From positions 39,618,001-39,682,000 of the forward strand of contig CM114271.1 in the NCBI GenBank assembly GCA_050084515.1: DNA of 64,000 nt, written 5' to 3'. Below, one piece after another: positions 46,856 to 61,800 of this stretch (position 1 is its first letter; each line of letters opens with the position of its first letter). Both the position numbers and the translations under genes were made by a program. The notes under the pieces are model-generated. The model was not told the origin of the DNA and made no database searches. It saw only the letters and a list, made by a program, of their open reading frames with translations. This DNA comes from Blasia pusilla (lineage: Eukaryota).

Positions 46856-49800
46856 ATGGGATCCATGCAGCTGGATATATTTATGGCAGTGGAGGAATTG
46901 CATGGTTTGAGTGCTCGAGATATGAGCAAACTTTTGAAGGACCTACATAGCTTCACCTTTCGGTTTAGCACTAGCAAAGGCTCCTCCATGCGGGTGAGCG
47001 CTAACGAAATTTACAATGCGTTCGTAGAATAATGGTTGGAGGACTGTGTGGCTGAGTCGGTTGAGGTCGGACAAATGTCGCAGGCACTCCAGGTGCCCGA
47101 AGCTGTACAAATATGGACACCCGTGCTTAGACTTCTTACGTAAAACCTGTATCTGGTTGTCGGTGTCAGGTGGATGTGCAGAGATTGGCAACCAGCTTAC
47201 CTCTACATTTGCTGGCAAATGTCGTGTCGACTGGTACTGAGCCTCGGTTTCGGTACTTGCTCCGTGGGGTCCGACTTTTGCATTCTCTCAGTGACCTGGC
47301 TCTTCGCTACCCTAAACTTGAGCAGGTTCGTGACATTTTTTATTCTGGATTGCGTGATCGTTCCCTGTCATTGATAATTGTTGTGCTTCTACTTTTCGAG
47401 TCTTCGAAGTTTTGGCCATAATCAAGAGTGTTGTTTGAATTCATTGTTCGGAAGCTTAGTATTAACTGAAATATGGAGTAGCCTTCGAAAATACGGTGCC
47501 GCTCTTCACAATTTCGGAAGCTAGAGACGAGAGGTTTTGGTGCATTTCTTAGATTGCAGTCAGGTATTGAAGCGCGTGTTTTTAGTCTTCATTATTGTTC
47601 GAGAGTATAAGTTTGCAGCTTAGCGTGTGCTGTTTATGTAACATGAGGGCCATGAAAGTGCGCAAAATGAAAAGCTCCGAACAGGACGCTCAATATTCAG
47701 TTTACGACCGGCTCGACGTGAGCTGTAATGTTTCGGGAAATGCACGCACCAGGAGCTCGTGCGGGAGCTCAATAATTTTTGCCTCAAATGACAAAACGTA
47801 TTATGAAAGATGAGAGGGTTGCATGATGCGATAACAAAGCTGCTTATAAACTTTATGGTGAACTTCGTAGTCTGTTCTCATCTACGCTCCAGACGATACA
47901 CAATTCTGGATAATGGCTAGGGACAAAATAGCTCACTGGATTGCAGCGCCACTTCAGCCAAGTGACTGAGTGGCCAAATGGGGAACCACTAAGAGTAGCT
48001 GCTGTAGATAGTTCCTTCAACAGACGTTTAGTTGAGCTTGAAACCTTTATCTGAAAAGTATTTATCTAACATTCCCACTGAGCTAGGATCATGTAGCTGT
48101 AAAAGGTTAAAATATGCAGCTGGCTACTAAAAAAGTATCTTATCTCCCACTCAACTGCGTCTCACACATCCTAATATTTGAACTAAAGAATAATATTTGT
48201 CCTTGGAGAGGCTTCTGATGAGAGCATCACAGGCCTGGTCTTAAGATCTAAATTCTTGTAGATGGATGTTTGGTTGTTGAATATGTTCTAATATGAAAAA
48301 GAGTTTGTCTTCCAATTGTCGGATTTTGGAATTGGAGTAAAAGTTTTTCGAAAGTTGAACTGCAGCTTGGTTGTCTTCGTAAAGAATGGAGTTTGTTATG
48401 AAAAACCAATTTCGGCAAGTAGTTGTCGAATCCAGAGCATTTCTTTGGTAGCCTCTCTTAGAGCTATGTATGTGTCTTACATGGTAGACTGCAATTACTG
48501 TCTGCTTCCTCGAGGCTCAATGTACTGCACATCCTGCCACGAGGAGCAAATCCTGGAATATATTTAGAAGAGGCAAAACTGGCATCTGCACAGGCTTGAA
48601 GAGTTAAATCTTGGGGTGGAACCATCAACGATGATGCCCATATGGGATGTTCCCTCCAAATACCGCAATTCTTGCATAGAAGGTTGCCAATGTTCAATGG
48701 AATAATTGGACATGTATTTTCATAACTGGCCCACCTTGAGAAAGATATCAGTGTGAGTGATGTTTGAACCATAGATAAGACTTCCAACCATAGTAGCATA
48801 TGGATATTGCTGAAAATGAGCAAGGTCATCACTAGTGGGAGCAGATGTCGGCTTGGACAATGTTGTCCCAGGCACAGACAGGGAAGAGACTGGAAGACAG
48901 TCATTCATACCAAATTCTAGTAGTTTCTCACAGATGTACGTTTGTTGATGCAAAGTAATCTTGTGTGTCTCTTACCACCATATGTCCGAATATGTGCGGA
49001 AGGCCCTCCCTTGTCAACCACTTCGGAATTGGGTTGAAACTATATTTTGAGTTGTTGTAATTGAATGAGATTATCTGTTAGGAAAGCAAGATTATCTACA
49101 TATACAGCATCTATAAATAGTTGGTCTATGGAAGACTGTTTGTGGTACCGACAAGGACTGTAAGTACTTCTGACAAGCCCCGGAGAAGTTGAGTACCCAT
49201 AAATCTTTTGATTGCAAGCTCAAGATGATTTCTTTGAGCCGTAGAAAGCTTTCTTGAGGAGGCATACCTTTGGACCTTGATCAGTTACCTCATTGTAACC
49301 TGTATTGTAACTTCATTTACTCTTAGACACTCCACAGTCAACAGAAAGTAGGCAGTGAACTGGGGCAGCTCCATCTACAACACTTACAGCAACCTGGGAC
49401 AAACACACTCCATACACATCGCCAACAATACTCCACACTCACAGTCAGTAGCACTAGTCTAGATCCCTCACACAGCAGAATCATTATCAAAGACATAAAA
49501 CGAGGGGGATTAATCTTATACTCTCACACTCTGGTCTTCCCTGCAGGGTTGCAGAGTCCCTGAGATGGCATACACAGCAGCACATTGGACTGAGCAGCAC
49601 TCTACGTATCTGGGCCGAAGAATGGAGCACAACCCCTGGACAGCCTCTCTAGAAGCCTCGTGCCCTAAATTAAGAAGCCCTAGCAGCCTCCCCTTAAACC
49701 CTAATTAGTATGTGTGCGACCGGAGACAAAAAGGAACCCTAAAGAAAAGGACTTAAACTGAAATTCTACTTTAGTTTCAAGCGTGGATCAACCTAATATT

Positions 49801-52800
49801 CCCAGCACTTTCCCTTAGTGAGAGCCCAGATTTGACACCTTGTATTTCCAGATATTTTTTGTGTTTTTCCTTGGGCAAAGCTGCTGCACTGGTAAGTAAT
49901 GTCTATTGGGGATCCCAAGCAGGTAAAGTGGATAGTGTGGTGAGAGCTTCCTGGTTGACACTTGGAAGATCCACACAGCACATTGTATGGTCAGCAGTCA
50001 CACTACATGAGTGTCGCCCTCCTCTCATATAGTGCCTTCTTCACTTCTTCCTCTCTCTACACCCATCCCAGTCTCAAGCACCCTCCAACCAGGTCGCGGG
50101 GTCTGTGGTCGCAAATCTACGACCGGCACTACTTAATGAGTACAGTCTGTCCCACAGAATTGGGGAACTTCTTGAGTCCCGACTTTCTCTCTGATAAAGT
50201 GATACTGTATATCAATATGTTTTGTTCTCTGATGATGAGTGGTATTCGCTCAGCCTTATGCAACTCCGGTTATCCACATTGATCTTTGTTGCTGAACAGA
50301 GCTTGAACCCAAGGCCTTCCAGTAATCTTCTCAACCAGATAGCTTCTTTGACTGTGTGAGTCAAAGCCATGTATTGGGTCTCTGTTGTAGATAATTCTGT
50401 AGTTGGTTGCCTTTTGGAGCTCCAACTAATGACTCCAGCATGTAGAAGAAAACAACATCCAGAAGTTGACATTCTACTATCTACAACTCCTGCCTAATCT
50501 GCATCACAGTAACCTTCAATCCATGTCGGGTGACTCTGCTGATACACAATTTAAGTGTTATTGGTCCCCTTCATGTAGTTGAGCACCCGCTTGGCAGCTT
50601 GCCAAGGACAAACCTGGTTTGTTCATGAATATACCAGTGATCCTACTGAGAATGCAATATCTGGTCTGGTGCATACCATGGTATGCATTAAGCATCCAAT
50701 CCCTTCCTTCAATGAGAAGCCTTTGGTTACGAGCCGGGACTTATACCTGAGAATACTTCCTGAAGAGGAATGTTCGATCTTGAGAACCCACTAGGAAGAG
50801 GCAATATGAACAATGTTGGTAGATGACTTGCACTTTGTGTGAATTGGTACAAGAATCCAAGCTTGGTTTTGATGACGAGAGGCAATTTCAGCTTCCACGG
50901 AAGTTTGCCATTCATGAGCACCTGATCTAGACCGGGCTTGTGTCCTGATGATGGGATGAGGTTAAACATAAGATTAGATAAGAATGTCTGAGCAGGCAGC
51001 ATCATATATTTGTACTGATATATATGTTTGTGAGGATTGTCTAGGTTGAAAAGAATTAGTCTGGTCCCCCAAAGATTTTTCTACCATAATGTCACCTTTA
51101 TTTGACAAAAGATCTCCCATTATTTCAAGATCTGTCTGTAGTTCAGTCTTTGACAGATGATCTCCCACAATTTCAAGTTCTGCCTGAAGTTCAATGTTTC
51201 TCCTTCTGTTCTCGGAATAGTTAATAATTCAGAATTCCTTACTGGACCAGATAACAACTGATCAATGATTGGAGAATAGGAAGAAGTGGAAGTAGTAGAA
51301 GAAGAGAACGGAATATCTTCATTGAAGAGAATATCTTTGCTAAAGAAAATACGTAGTGTGATGGGATTGAAAAGTTTATAGCGTTTAGAATGAATATACA
51401 TTCTTTGCTTGTAGGAACCATCTTTTTTCTTCCCTCAGCTGGAATAAGAGCAAATGCTTGGCAGCCAAATACTTGAAGATATGTAAGAATAGGTTTGAGA
51501 TTCCTTCATGCCTCAGAATGTGTTGTTGAAAGAGCCCGAGTAGGACTGAAGTTAGTGAGATAACTGGCTGTGAAAATTTGTTCTCACCAAAATGATAGAG
51601 GAAGATGCATGTGAATGCATACATTTTTCTTCTCTTGTAAAGTACAATCAAGTCTCTCAGCAGCCCTGCTCTGTGATGCTGGGTAGACATAGGAGGAAAA
51701 GACTCCTTCCTGGTAGAATTGTGTAGAAAATTGGAAATGTGAATACTCTCAAAAGATGAGGAAGGTTTCTCTTATTCAAAATCACTTACGACTGCAGTTT
51801 GAAGAACATCAAGACAATGTTAATCTTTATTGGTCGACACAAGGATGAGGGACTTGTGCTCAGTAGGAAGTCTGCTAATAGCAATGGTGATTAGGTGTAG
51901 ATCTGAAACAGGAAATCCATTGGATGCAAGATTATTTGCAATAATCTTCAGCTTTGAAAGAAATTTCAGGGTGATCTGCATGGCTCAACAGTGAGTTTAT
52001 GTGACGAAGTCTGTAAATGCAGCACAGAAAATGCATCAGTAGTGTCATAGGTGTTGAAATCAGAATTCCACTTCTCTCAGATCTCACTTTTAAAACTTTA
52101 AAACCATAGAAAGATAGCAGATCCGGATAGGATCTTCCACTGAACCATGTAAATGAGGGTAATCACTTTCAAACCTGAAAGAGCAAATCTGAAATGGATT
52201 GCTTGCAGAACTAGTCTATAACTTCCATTGAGAACTGGGTGCTTGGCACAGCAATACCTTATTAGAATACACAAGACCTGAAGAGAGGTGGTTGAAACCA
52301 AGGTGCAGGAGTATGTGGTAGATTGGTTCTTGGAGCATTCTCCACACCAATGCAACTTCCTTCCTACTTGATCAAGGCACCAGGAGGGGTTCAGGTATGT
52401 AGGAGAGTAGGAGCTAATCTCAAGACACACTGCCTCAGAGGGCAGGAGTAGAAGTGAATCAGAGAAGTAGGAAAGAGAGAGAGTTATATATTTTCCTAGA
52501 AGGGGCCAGCAGAAGGGAAGATGGAAGGGCCAGCACATCAGGCCAGCACACCATGCATAGGCCAGCACACTATGAGCAAGCCAGCACACCATGAGCACAA
52601 TTAACATAACTAGAACTCACAAGAATAGTTAAGAAATAACTAGTAATCTAACTGAAGTGAGTGACTTGTAACCATGGTAAACTTCCAACCATGCTTTGTA
52701 GAACTAACCACAGTCAAAACTGAAAAACAATGGAGGAAAGACTTTGAAAAGTAGATAATTTGAAAGGAAATCCTAACAATAGGTACGACATAAACAGTCC

Positions 52801-55800
52801 CGCACATCTTTGGCTGTGTAAAGATGTTGAGTCAGGGCTTGAGGTTCTCCTGTCAAATGTCAACAACTCAGAGATCAAGCCTAGTTTTCTAATCTCTTGT
52901 TCTGTTTGATGGTCCATTGCGGTACTGTGTGTTGACAGACATATCCTTGAGGTGTGAATGCTTCCTCAGCAGTTTCAAAGATAGAATTGGGTGAAGAATC
53001 TGGCGCAGATGTATTGATTTCTGGTTTAGTGACTGCATCCCAGAGCTCCCTCTAAACAAGAAGATTTTGAGCACGATTTTTCCAGTCTGTCCAACCAGAT
53101 CCATCGAAAATCCCAATATGAAAACCATCATGACTCCCATGCAGGCCCATAACCTGTTGAAAGATGAGAGAGATGAATGATGCTATAGTAGAGCTGCTTG
53201 TGAACTTTATGGAGAACGTGGTAGACCATTCTCATCTAAGCTCCATAGTATATGGTAGTCTGGATGATGTCTAGAGAGAAAATAGCCCAACAGATTACAG
53301 TGTCACTTTAGCCACGTGGCCACGTGGGGAACAACTAAGACCAGCAGTGTTAGATAGTTCTCTTAACAGATGCTCAGTTAAATCTGAAGCCTTTATCTAA
53401 AATGTTTTTATCTAACAATGTCGGTGTTTAGTCTAATATCCTCATTTTGGTGTTGCTGCAGTTATTGCTACATGAAGTGAAGCTACGAGAGCAGGTCTTG
53501 GATCTAGTCATATACATGCTCATCGTTTTGGCCAGCGTTGAACAGGTACTAGTTTCTAATCTCCTGAGTCTGAGGTGCTTCCAATTTGTTTTGCTGTAAG
53601 GAAACAACCTTCATCTCTTCCTTGGTAATTAGCGAAGACACATGTTAATTCCTCCTTTGTTTATTGGCGTTACTTTATAGGAAAGTGTCAAATCCTGGAG
53701 AACTTCTAACTTGATGAGCTTTTGTGATATGACTTCTGTTCAATATTTATGGGTAGGAGCAATTGTGCCTGCCAAAAGATTTGAAGTTGCTCTGACTAGC
53801 AGTTGATCGTGGCAGTCAAGAATAGTGCCTGAACTAGTACTATCTGTAATAACTTCACAAGCTGGAAATTTCTTACTTGTATGATGGAAAAGGAAGTAAA
53901 AGGGTGTATATTAGAGGCAAAGGGAGGAAAAGTGAAAGGCGACATGCGTCGAACAAAATATACTGCCTGTTTTTGACATGGTTGTCCTAAATGGAATACT
54001 CAAACGTGTATCCCTGATAGCGAATGGACAAGGTTACACTTGAACACCTTATTGTACCTTAACCAGGATGCATTGTAGTTTCAGTGAACTATTTGTGAAG
54101 TTACTTCAAAATTAAGAAAAAGACTCAAACGAATTCATCTTTAAGACACCCAGGCTCTATAATCTATATTATTAATATAGGATAGCTTCTTGATTTGCAA
54201 GAGCCTCTTTGCTCAACACATGGCAGTGGGGTTGCAAGAAAATGTTTCCATAACATAGGCAGCAAGTTTTTTTTTGCGCAGCAATACTATGAACTCCGTC
54301 CATAGAACAGGATCTGTTCTACTGTTTCATAATTCTGAAACAGCCTGACATATATATCAACCTCTTATATCTCTAGTGTCTATAGTGTATGATTTCCAGA
54401 TGCAAGATTTCTCTTTCTGGGGAACATAGCCAGTTGTCTGAAGCAACGTGTAAGTTTATTGGGTATACAAAGCAGAGTAGACGGGGTCAAATGTTTATCA
54501 ACAAAAGCAGAATCTTGTTCTAGGGTAGTAGATGGGTTCCTCTGCAGGACTGTGGACGAACCTAAGTAAGTTATTTGTAGTTTTCTTGGCTTTGAAATTT
54601 TAGATTTTTCGGGAGTAGTAGAGTTTGAAGGAATGTGAAAGTTTATTGGGTAAAAAGACAGAGTAGACAGGGTCAAATGTTTATCAACAAAGGCAGAATC
54701 TTATGCTACTGCAGTACATGGGTCCCTCTGCAGGGATGTAGAGAAACCTAAGTAAGTTATTTGTAGATTTCTCAACTTTGAAATTTTAACTTTTTCAGGA
54801 GTAGTAGAGGTTCTTTATTCTTATAACGCCTGTACTGCTGTATTTTTAACTTATCAAGAGACAGCAAGAGTTCTTGTTGGACTTTACATGTTACCTTATT
54901 ATATTTCTGATTTACTAAAGGAGGTATGTATTCCATGCAAAAGAGTACACTCTCATGCTGTCCTTCCCGAATTTGAAGCTCAACGAATATGATATTTAGA
55001 AGTGACAAAGACTCCCTCCCTGGAACAAAACTATAGATTTTTTGATTTTTTCTCGTGCATTCAGGAAGATCCATTTGGTCACTGATTTGGGTGTTCCCTT
55101 TTCGTCACCAGGAGTATCTTTGTTGATGGAAAGTACTATGACTTGAACAAAGTGACAATAACATTCATGGAAGTGAGAAGTGTATGAAAATGCCTCTGCA
55201 AAATAAAGCACTGTAAAAAAGAATTGCAGATTGGAACCCTCTAATGACATGTGATAAGACTCACAAGGTCGGGATTTGGACGACACATTACTAGGTCAAA
55301 TTCCAGAATTGTGACGTAGATATTTCTAGTTAAATCTTACATAGAAGCAATTTTGTTGTAGTTTGGAACCTTGAACTTAATCCTTGTGCTCGGGAATAAA
55401 ACAGAAGTGGACAATCTTGAGAATGAAACTAGCATGTTTACAAGTTGGAGCATCTGGATCATGATCTTTGTGTTGATCTTTCTGGCAGGAGGGCCGAGTT
55501 GGGAGCTTTATTGCTCTCCTGCACGCAGCTCTTGTGGCATGTTGTCTTTATCTTCTGACTGCATTTGTGACACGGGAGTGGGATGATGTGGTGCCTGTCC
55601 TTCTAGCACACCCAAAGGTGATTTTCTCGAGTTCAAGTTTCCATCATACCAATCATCAAATATTTTGATGCCGAGTCGTCAGTCTCCATATGTGCCTAGC
55701 TCGTGTAAAAGCAGGACCAAACATGGTGCTGTTTAATTCAGTAGGTAGAAAATGCCCATAGATCTCGGAGAGTTTTTATCTCTTCCCAAATCATACCTAC

Positions 55801-58800
55801 TAGTGATCTGGGAGCAATGGTCGCACTGAAAAGTAGTTTCCATGCAGAAAAAACAAGTAATGAGTGCCGTAGATTTGGTTGTAAGTATCTCATGGTCGCA
55901 GTGTAATCAAACTGACTCTGACCTGGTATGAATGTTGAGAGGTGAGCTGATGGATAGAACTGCATGTTGTGGATAACAGGTAGATGTATTCATGGATGCG
56001 GCTTTTGATGTTGTCAGACGAGATATTGGACTTTTGCAAAGTAAATTGCGTACCTTGCACATAAAGCTTGCAAGTAAGAAAGCGACTCTACCTGCAGCAG
56101 AGCGAGTCGGTGAAGCTACTGCACAGCAATGTGAAGCATCCCTTCAAGTGCTACAAAACCTCTGCCAAACCCAGGCCTTTAGGGATCAGCTTCTACACCA
56201 CAAGGTGTTTATCCGCTTACTACTTTTGCTGTCCCCCTCTTTCACAAGTGGTCATTGTTTCTGGTCCTAATGTTTAGACGAAGTGGAGTTTTTGGGTGTG
56301 GAGGAGGCCCTGATTTTACAGTAGTTTAAGATCTCTGACGTAATATGGCTGGGTGATTGAGACTAGGTCGTGTGAGGGTTTTTTTTTCCTATCTAAAGTC
56401 ATTGCACAAAAAAATAGTAATGTTTTGATGTCCTGTTACTCGTGGAATAGAAATGATTGGTCTTTGAAGGGGATATCTTAGTTGTCTGTCATTGTGAGTG
56501 CTCTAACCACCCTGTGAGTGGCTTGAAATTTCAGGAGCTTTGCAGAAGGGGTGGTGTTCTCCGCTTGACCCTTGCAGTTTTGAAACTAAATATGCCCAGC
56601 TCGTTACAGCAATCTAAATCTCTAGTTGCTTTTATATCTCGGTTGAAGTCCAAAGCATTATCTATGGTGAGTTTCATGAGGGAATTAGAATTTTGAGGCA
56701 TATTTGATGGAATGATCAAAGAATTCTGTAAACCAGACAGCATTTCAACTAGTATTGATTTAGAATTTATTTTTCTGTTGGTTTGAGTGTTACATCCGAC
56801 TGCTAAATTTAAATCTGCGCACCCCATTATTCTGTGATGAACCTGTGGAGCAGTTGCTGAAGTTTTGCGAGACTGAGTCAGTGTCATTTTTGGACGAAGT
56901 GGCAGCTGATTCTCGAAGTATGGAACTTGCAATACTTGTTGCCAGTGAGGTGAGTTGAAATCTGGTTCAAACTTAGTTTTGTTGGTTTTATAGACTTCAT
57001 CCACTTACGAAGCAAGAAGAAGGTGGGAAGTCATGGTTGTTGATCAGTTTGGACATCACCATCAAGCCCTAAACTAAACATAGTAGTAGATTCTCTGCGA
57101 AGAGTGTGTAATTCCAAAGTTACCTTTATGTGCGGTGGTGAAATGAAGAGATTCAAGTGATACAGCCATATCATCTTCCCATACTGTAGCTGTCACTATC
57201 CAGTTCAAAGAACTTTTGATCTTGAGTAGTTGACTCAAGCCTGGAGGTTACAGTTTAACCGTTCATCTACAAATCTTGACTCAAGCCAGGACTCTCCGTG
57301 CTCTACATTGCACTTTTCAGCTTAATACTCTTCAGGGTCTACAGGCACATTCCTCACATGTCTCGTAGACTACCTTTTTGTGGGCTTGTGTAGTATCAGT
57401 AGGGCAATGGTCTCAAGGTGTTGTTGTTCTCTGTCAGAATAGGTTCTGTTTTGATTTCAGTCTAACTTGTCTGCTATGATGTTGTGTCTCTGTTGGTCTT
57501 ATGTGCTTTACCGTGTTATTGTTCACCTTTGTCAATGCATGTTTTGTGTTGATTGCACTGTAACTTTTGTGCTATGGTGTTGTTTTTTATTGTCTCATGT
57601 GCTTAATATTCTATGTAAATTTTATGTTGATCCTAACGAGCAGTGTTTTATTGCTAGGTAGGTCCTTGCATTGGTGAGAAGTGCTCTACTTGAGGAACCG
57701 AGGTACATTGAGGATTCAGAAACAGAGCAGAATCCCATGGGTTCTCTGCACATCAACGCCCTCCGCTTAGCTGATCTATTCTCAGATGACTCGAATTTTC
57801 GCAACGTTGTGATGGACAGCATTGTATGTCAAGCCTGATCTTTTCACCCTTTCTTTGCACCATCTTTGTCTGATATGTCAGCTGTTCTTTGCAAGACTCA
57901 TGGAAACCTCACATTGAATGCAACATCACACGGAAAATTTTGGCAGGCTCCTGATTTGGGAACAGTACTGGCAGCAGCACCTAGTTTGTTCTCATCTCGT
58001 TGGTGTGAAGGAGATATTGCAGTTAACTTGGCAAAGGGTGAGATGGATGCAACGCTAGTGTATGATCCCTTCCAGGCAGCTGGTGCAGCGATGATAGCTT
58101 CTGCAAAAGGTGCCACAGCACCTTCTTCTGGTTCACCTGGATGTTCTCTTCAATACTTAGGAGAGATGGAAACAGGTTGTGTGCTCTCTATAGAGAGCAC
58201 GTCACCTGATCTATATGCACGGGAGCGATCAGCATTATTGGTCAAGCTCTTTGCTAATCTATACTGCTTCAATCCTGAAGTTTGTGCAGGTGAGTAGTGG
58301 TGTGATCTAAGGTGTGTATGTGTTCGGAACAAAAATCTTTCTCATTCTTCTTGTAAGATGTGTGACATGCCATTATGGTCCTCTTCTATGTTTTCCCTGG
58401 CAGTTGTCATACTGTATGTGGTAGAAGTTTTTTCCTGATGATATTGACAAGCTGAGCATTTACTGATATGCTACAAAATGTGAGCAATGTGCACACCCAC
58501 TTTCCATAAGACACAATTAGTTGGTATTTCAAAAAATGCAGATGATATTCTGAATAACAATCAGGGTTGCTTCTGGTGTTCAATTGATGCAGTGGAGGAG
58601 AAAGATCGCTTCATGCATGTCTTTGTAGATTGCCTTGCTTCAGGACCGCTTCTCAAATCCAGCAGTTCTCATTTTCTGACTCCAGAGCAGACTGCTGTCC
58701 GAATCTGTGAGAACCTGTGTAAGAAAAGATATCTTTTCTCCCAGCAGTTTGAATGCAAGAAATAGTAGATCAAGATTTTAGTGCCTTGAATGACAACTTT

Positions 58801-61800
58801 CTTTGCCATTCTGGTGTAGTGTGTTGTTCGACTCAGCTCAGTGTACATCTATGGTGACTTTCAGATGTGCTGCTTGACCATGTAGTCTCGTCGTCAGAGA
58901 CTGTCAATGATGAAGATCTATCTCTAGTCAGGTAGGTAATTTTTCCTTCATTTTCTGTCACTTTTGTTCCTTCAACCGTTGTTGAAGAGATTGTGCCATT
59001 TGGTGGACATGACTGATTTCGATGAATGAATGAATCAGACACGCCTATTTATAAGTCTGCAGCGCAGAGTTGAGTTCTGTTTCAGAAGGGTATATATTTG
59101 TCATGTAAGTCTGTTAGATTGCCCAGTGGATCAAATTTTGCTTGGTCACATTCTCGCAAGATCTAGTCTTGGTTTGAGAAGACGTCAGATAATTACTTGC
59201 ACGGTCTTTTGATAGTGTTTTTCCAATTCAGAAAAGGAACAACTTAGCATGAAATATTATGACAGTCATAAGATTTTGTATCTTTTTTCCATTGATGCAT
59301 CACGTCTGACTTTGAAGTAAGGTATAGAGGGTTCATTAAGACACTCTAGTGGGTGTAGCGGCGGCATGTCTAGTGTGATGCCAGGGATTAGTCTCGCTTC
59401 TAAAGTGGGAGTTATTGTCATGTGTTTGCAGTCAATTCTCAGATGCACTTCATCATGCAATCTGCCCATCTTTGCCAACCGATGAGTTTAGTTTTGTGGT
59501 AATGATCAGCTACCTCTAAATGTGGAAAGCAACTTTTCAAATTTTTTCATGAGCAGCTAAAATGTCTCATGGCTGCTTTGACGAGCGTCTGTACTCAATG
59601 ATTTTGAGCGTTGCTAAACTTGAGACAAGAATGAGATCGGAGTAGTATATTGTCATATAATGAAGGTGTAATGAGGATTAACAGTGGCACCTCAAGGAAT
59701 ATGTACTTGAGATGACTTGTTCACTAGCTGAGGCATATTCATGAACCCTTGTTGTTTTAGTCCCATCGAAGTGAGAGTCTCTTCAGATGCCTTTAAACAC
59801 TAGGGATCCAAATCTAGCAACTCCTATAGAATGTACAGGCTCCCCCTACAATTGCCAAAGGTCATTCATCAAGATGCATGTTAGCATTCTTGATCTTCAG
59901 TGAGAATGTCTTAAACTGTACAAGGAGGTGGACAAAATCATTCGCCCCCTGGATAACCATCTTTGGTATGAGAAGTGGTGAGTTCAAAATGAGCGTCACC
60001 TTATCCCCAGGGTCCACTAAGCCAGTTGACTTGGAGCTTTTCCTCATCCTCTTCTGGCTACCAAAATCATGAAACCCAGTTTGACAATTGTGTCATGAGA
60101 TATGGCATTTTGCTAGGATGTGGAATCCAGTCACTTTGACTAATATGGACAAGTTTGAATTGAATACTTGTATCCTGGGTTTGTTGACAGGAAGCACCAG
60201 TTCTGAGTTTCCTCCGAGACGCACATGAGAAGAAACTACATATGATGCATACTCGACGTCAAATGCTGCCACGGTGGCTGAAAATCCACCAAAGTCCGAT
60301 TCACCTTCAAGAGAAAGACAGTGTCAGCACTCCTTTGCCACTGAGGGTTGTCACAGATAACCTTCCTTCCTTTGAAGATGGTGTGGACATCAACAATCAT
60401 AATAGAACAGAGGTAAGGATATGTGGAGAGGATTTTTGATACAAATGAAAAGTTGCAATGTATCCATCACCCTACTATATTTGGATTTAATAAGGATACA
60501 GGCTTCCATGTAGGACATGTGAATTGTTTTCTTGGATACAGTGTGTCATCATCCAGTCCCCTGCTTTGGTGTCATAATTTAATCAAAGTGTGCATTTTAT
60601 TTCTTCTTAGTTCTTTAATGGCTGATGTTTGAAATCAGGTGGGGTGTTCCCCAGGGAAGTGGCATTCCTACCCAGGGCATGGATCGTCCAGTCTTTAGAG
60701 AGATGGGTCCTGTGCCTAACATGCGTACGAACTTTATCATGCTTCTGGGTTAAAGCTTGGAAATCCAGGGCCTTCACAAACAAAGAGAAGACCTGTGAAG
60801 AGCCCAAGGCCAAAAGCTTAAAATTTGGTTGTGAAGGTGTCCCAGAAATGCATTGACAAGTAATACACCTGGAAGGGGTTTCCACAAGTATGTAGACTGC
60901 AAGTGGACTAGAGGCAAGTTCATTCATTCATTCTTACTGGATCTCGGTATTTGCAGTTGATGCCCGAGTCAAGTAATCCAGGCTCGATCCACTTGGATAT
61001 GGCAAGGGAGGAGAGTTCAACATTTGTTGAGTTGCAGGGGAAAAGAACAGACAGTTTTCAGGAACCTGATTATTACAATATGCATATAGATGATGACGAA
61101 GATACTTTGACCAGAGAAATGAAAGATGGTGATTTTGCGATGGAAAGTAATGAAGATGACAATACCAGAAGCTCCCAGTTTATGAGAAATCCAAAGCGGC
61201 GTAGGGAATCCAAGAAAAGTCTCGATAGTGATGAACCACCCAAGAAAAGGAAGCGGAATATAATGAATGAGTTCCAGATCAAGACAATTGAAGAAGCTCT
61301 GAAGGGGGAACCTGAAATGCAGCGGTATCCCAAGCTGATACAACAATGGACAAATAGTCTCAATGCAATGGTAACCTTCTTTCATTTTTTGTTGAAGAGC
61401 TTGACACACATGGTAGAAAAATGTAAAGAGGAGACACTCTGACAATCAATGTTTAGATTTCATTCAACAACTCGCAGTCATAATTGAGCCTTAGAGTTCT
61501 AGATGCAAATAATTGTCACTGATGGAAAGCTGGGTCCGTTGTCTAATTGATGTATCTTGGATTAAGTTGAGTACTGCTGTCTTTTTTCAGGGTCCGGAGA
61601 TAGCCGTCCACCAGCTGAAGAACTGGTATGTAAATGAAACGTTCTTGAAGCAGGTCATGTAGAGAAAATGGGAGTTCATTGTCAGTTTGATGAGTATGGG
61701 CAGTTTGGTTCATCCGGGTGTGCTGGTCATCAAAGTTGTCAAGACTTATGAGAAATCTTTTGAACAAAAGATTTCTCATAAGTTCTTCAATGATGATTTG

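Noticed and set aside
49301-50143. Clean solo LTR inside the intronic Copia
   Set aside because: It has TGTA...TACA ends but no TSD, and the flanks come from different parts of pol, so it is kept only as part of the composite.
60629-60856. Additional NDX exon
   Set aside because: The phase-0 reading has an early stop, and the flanking exons already join in frame.
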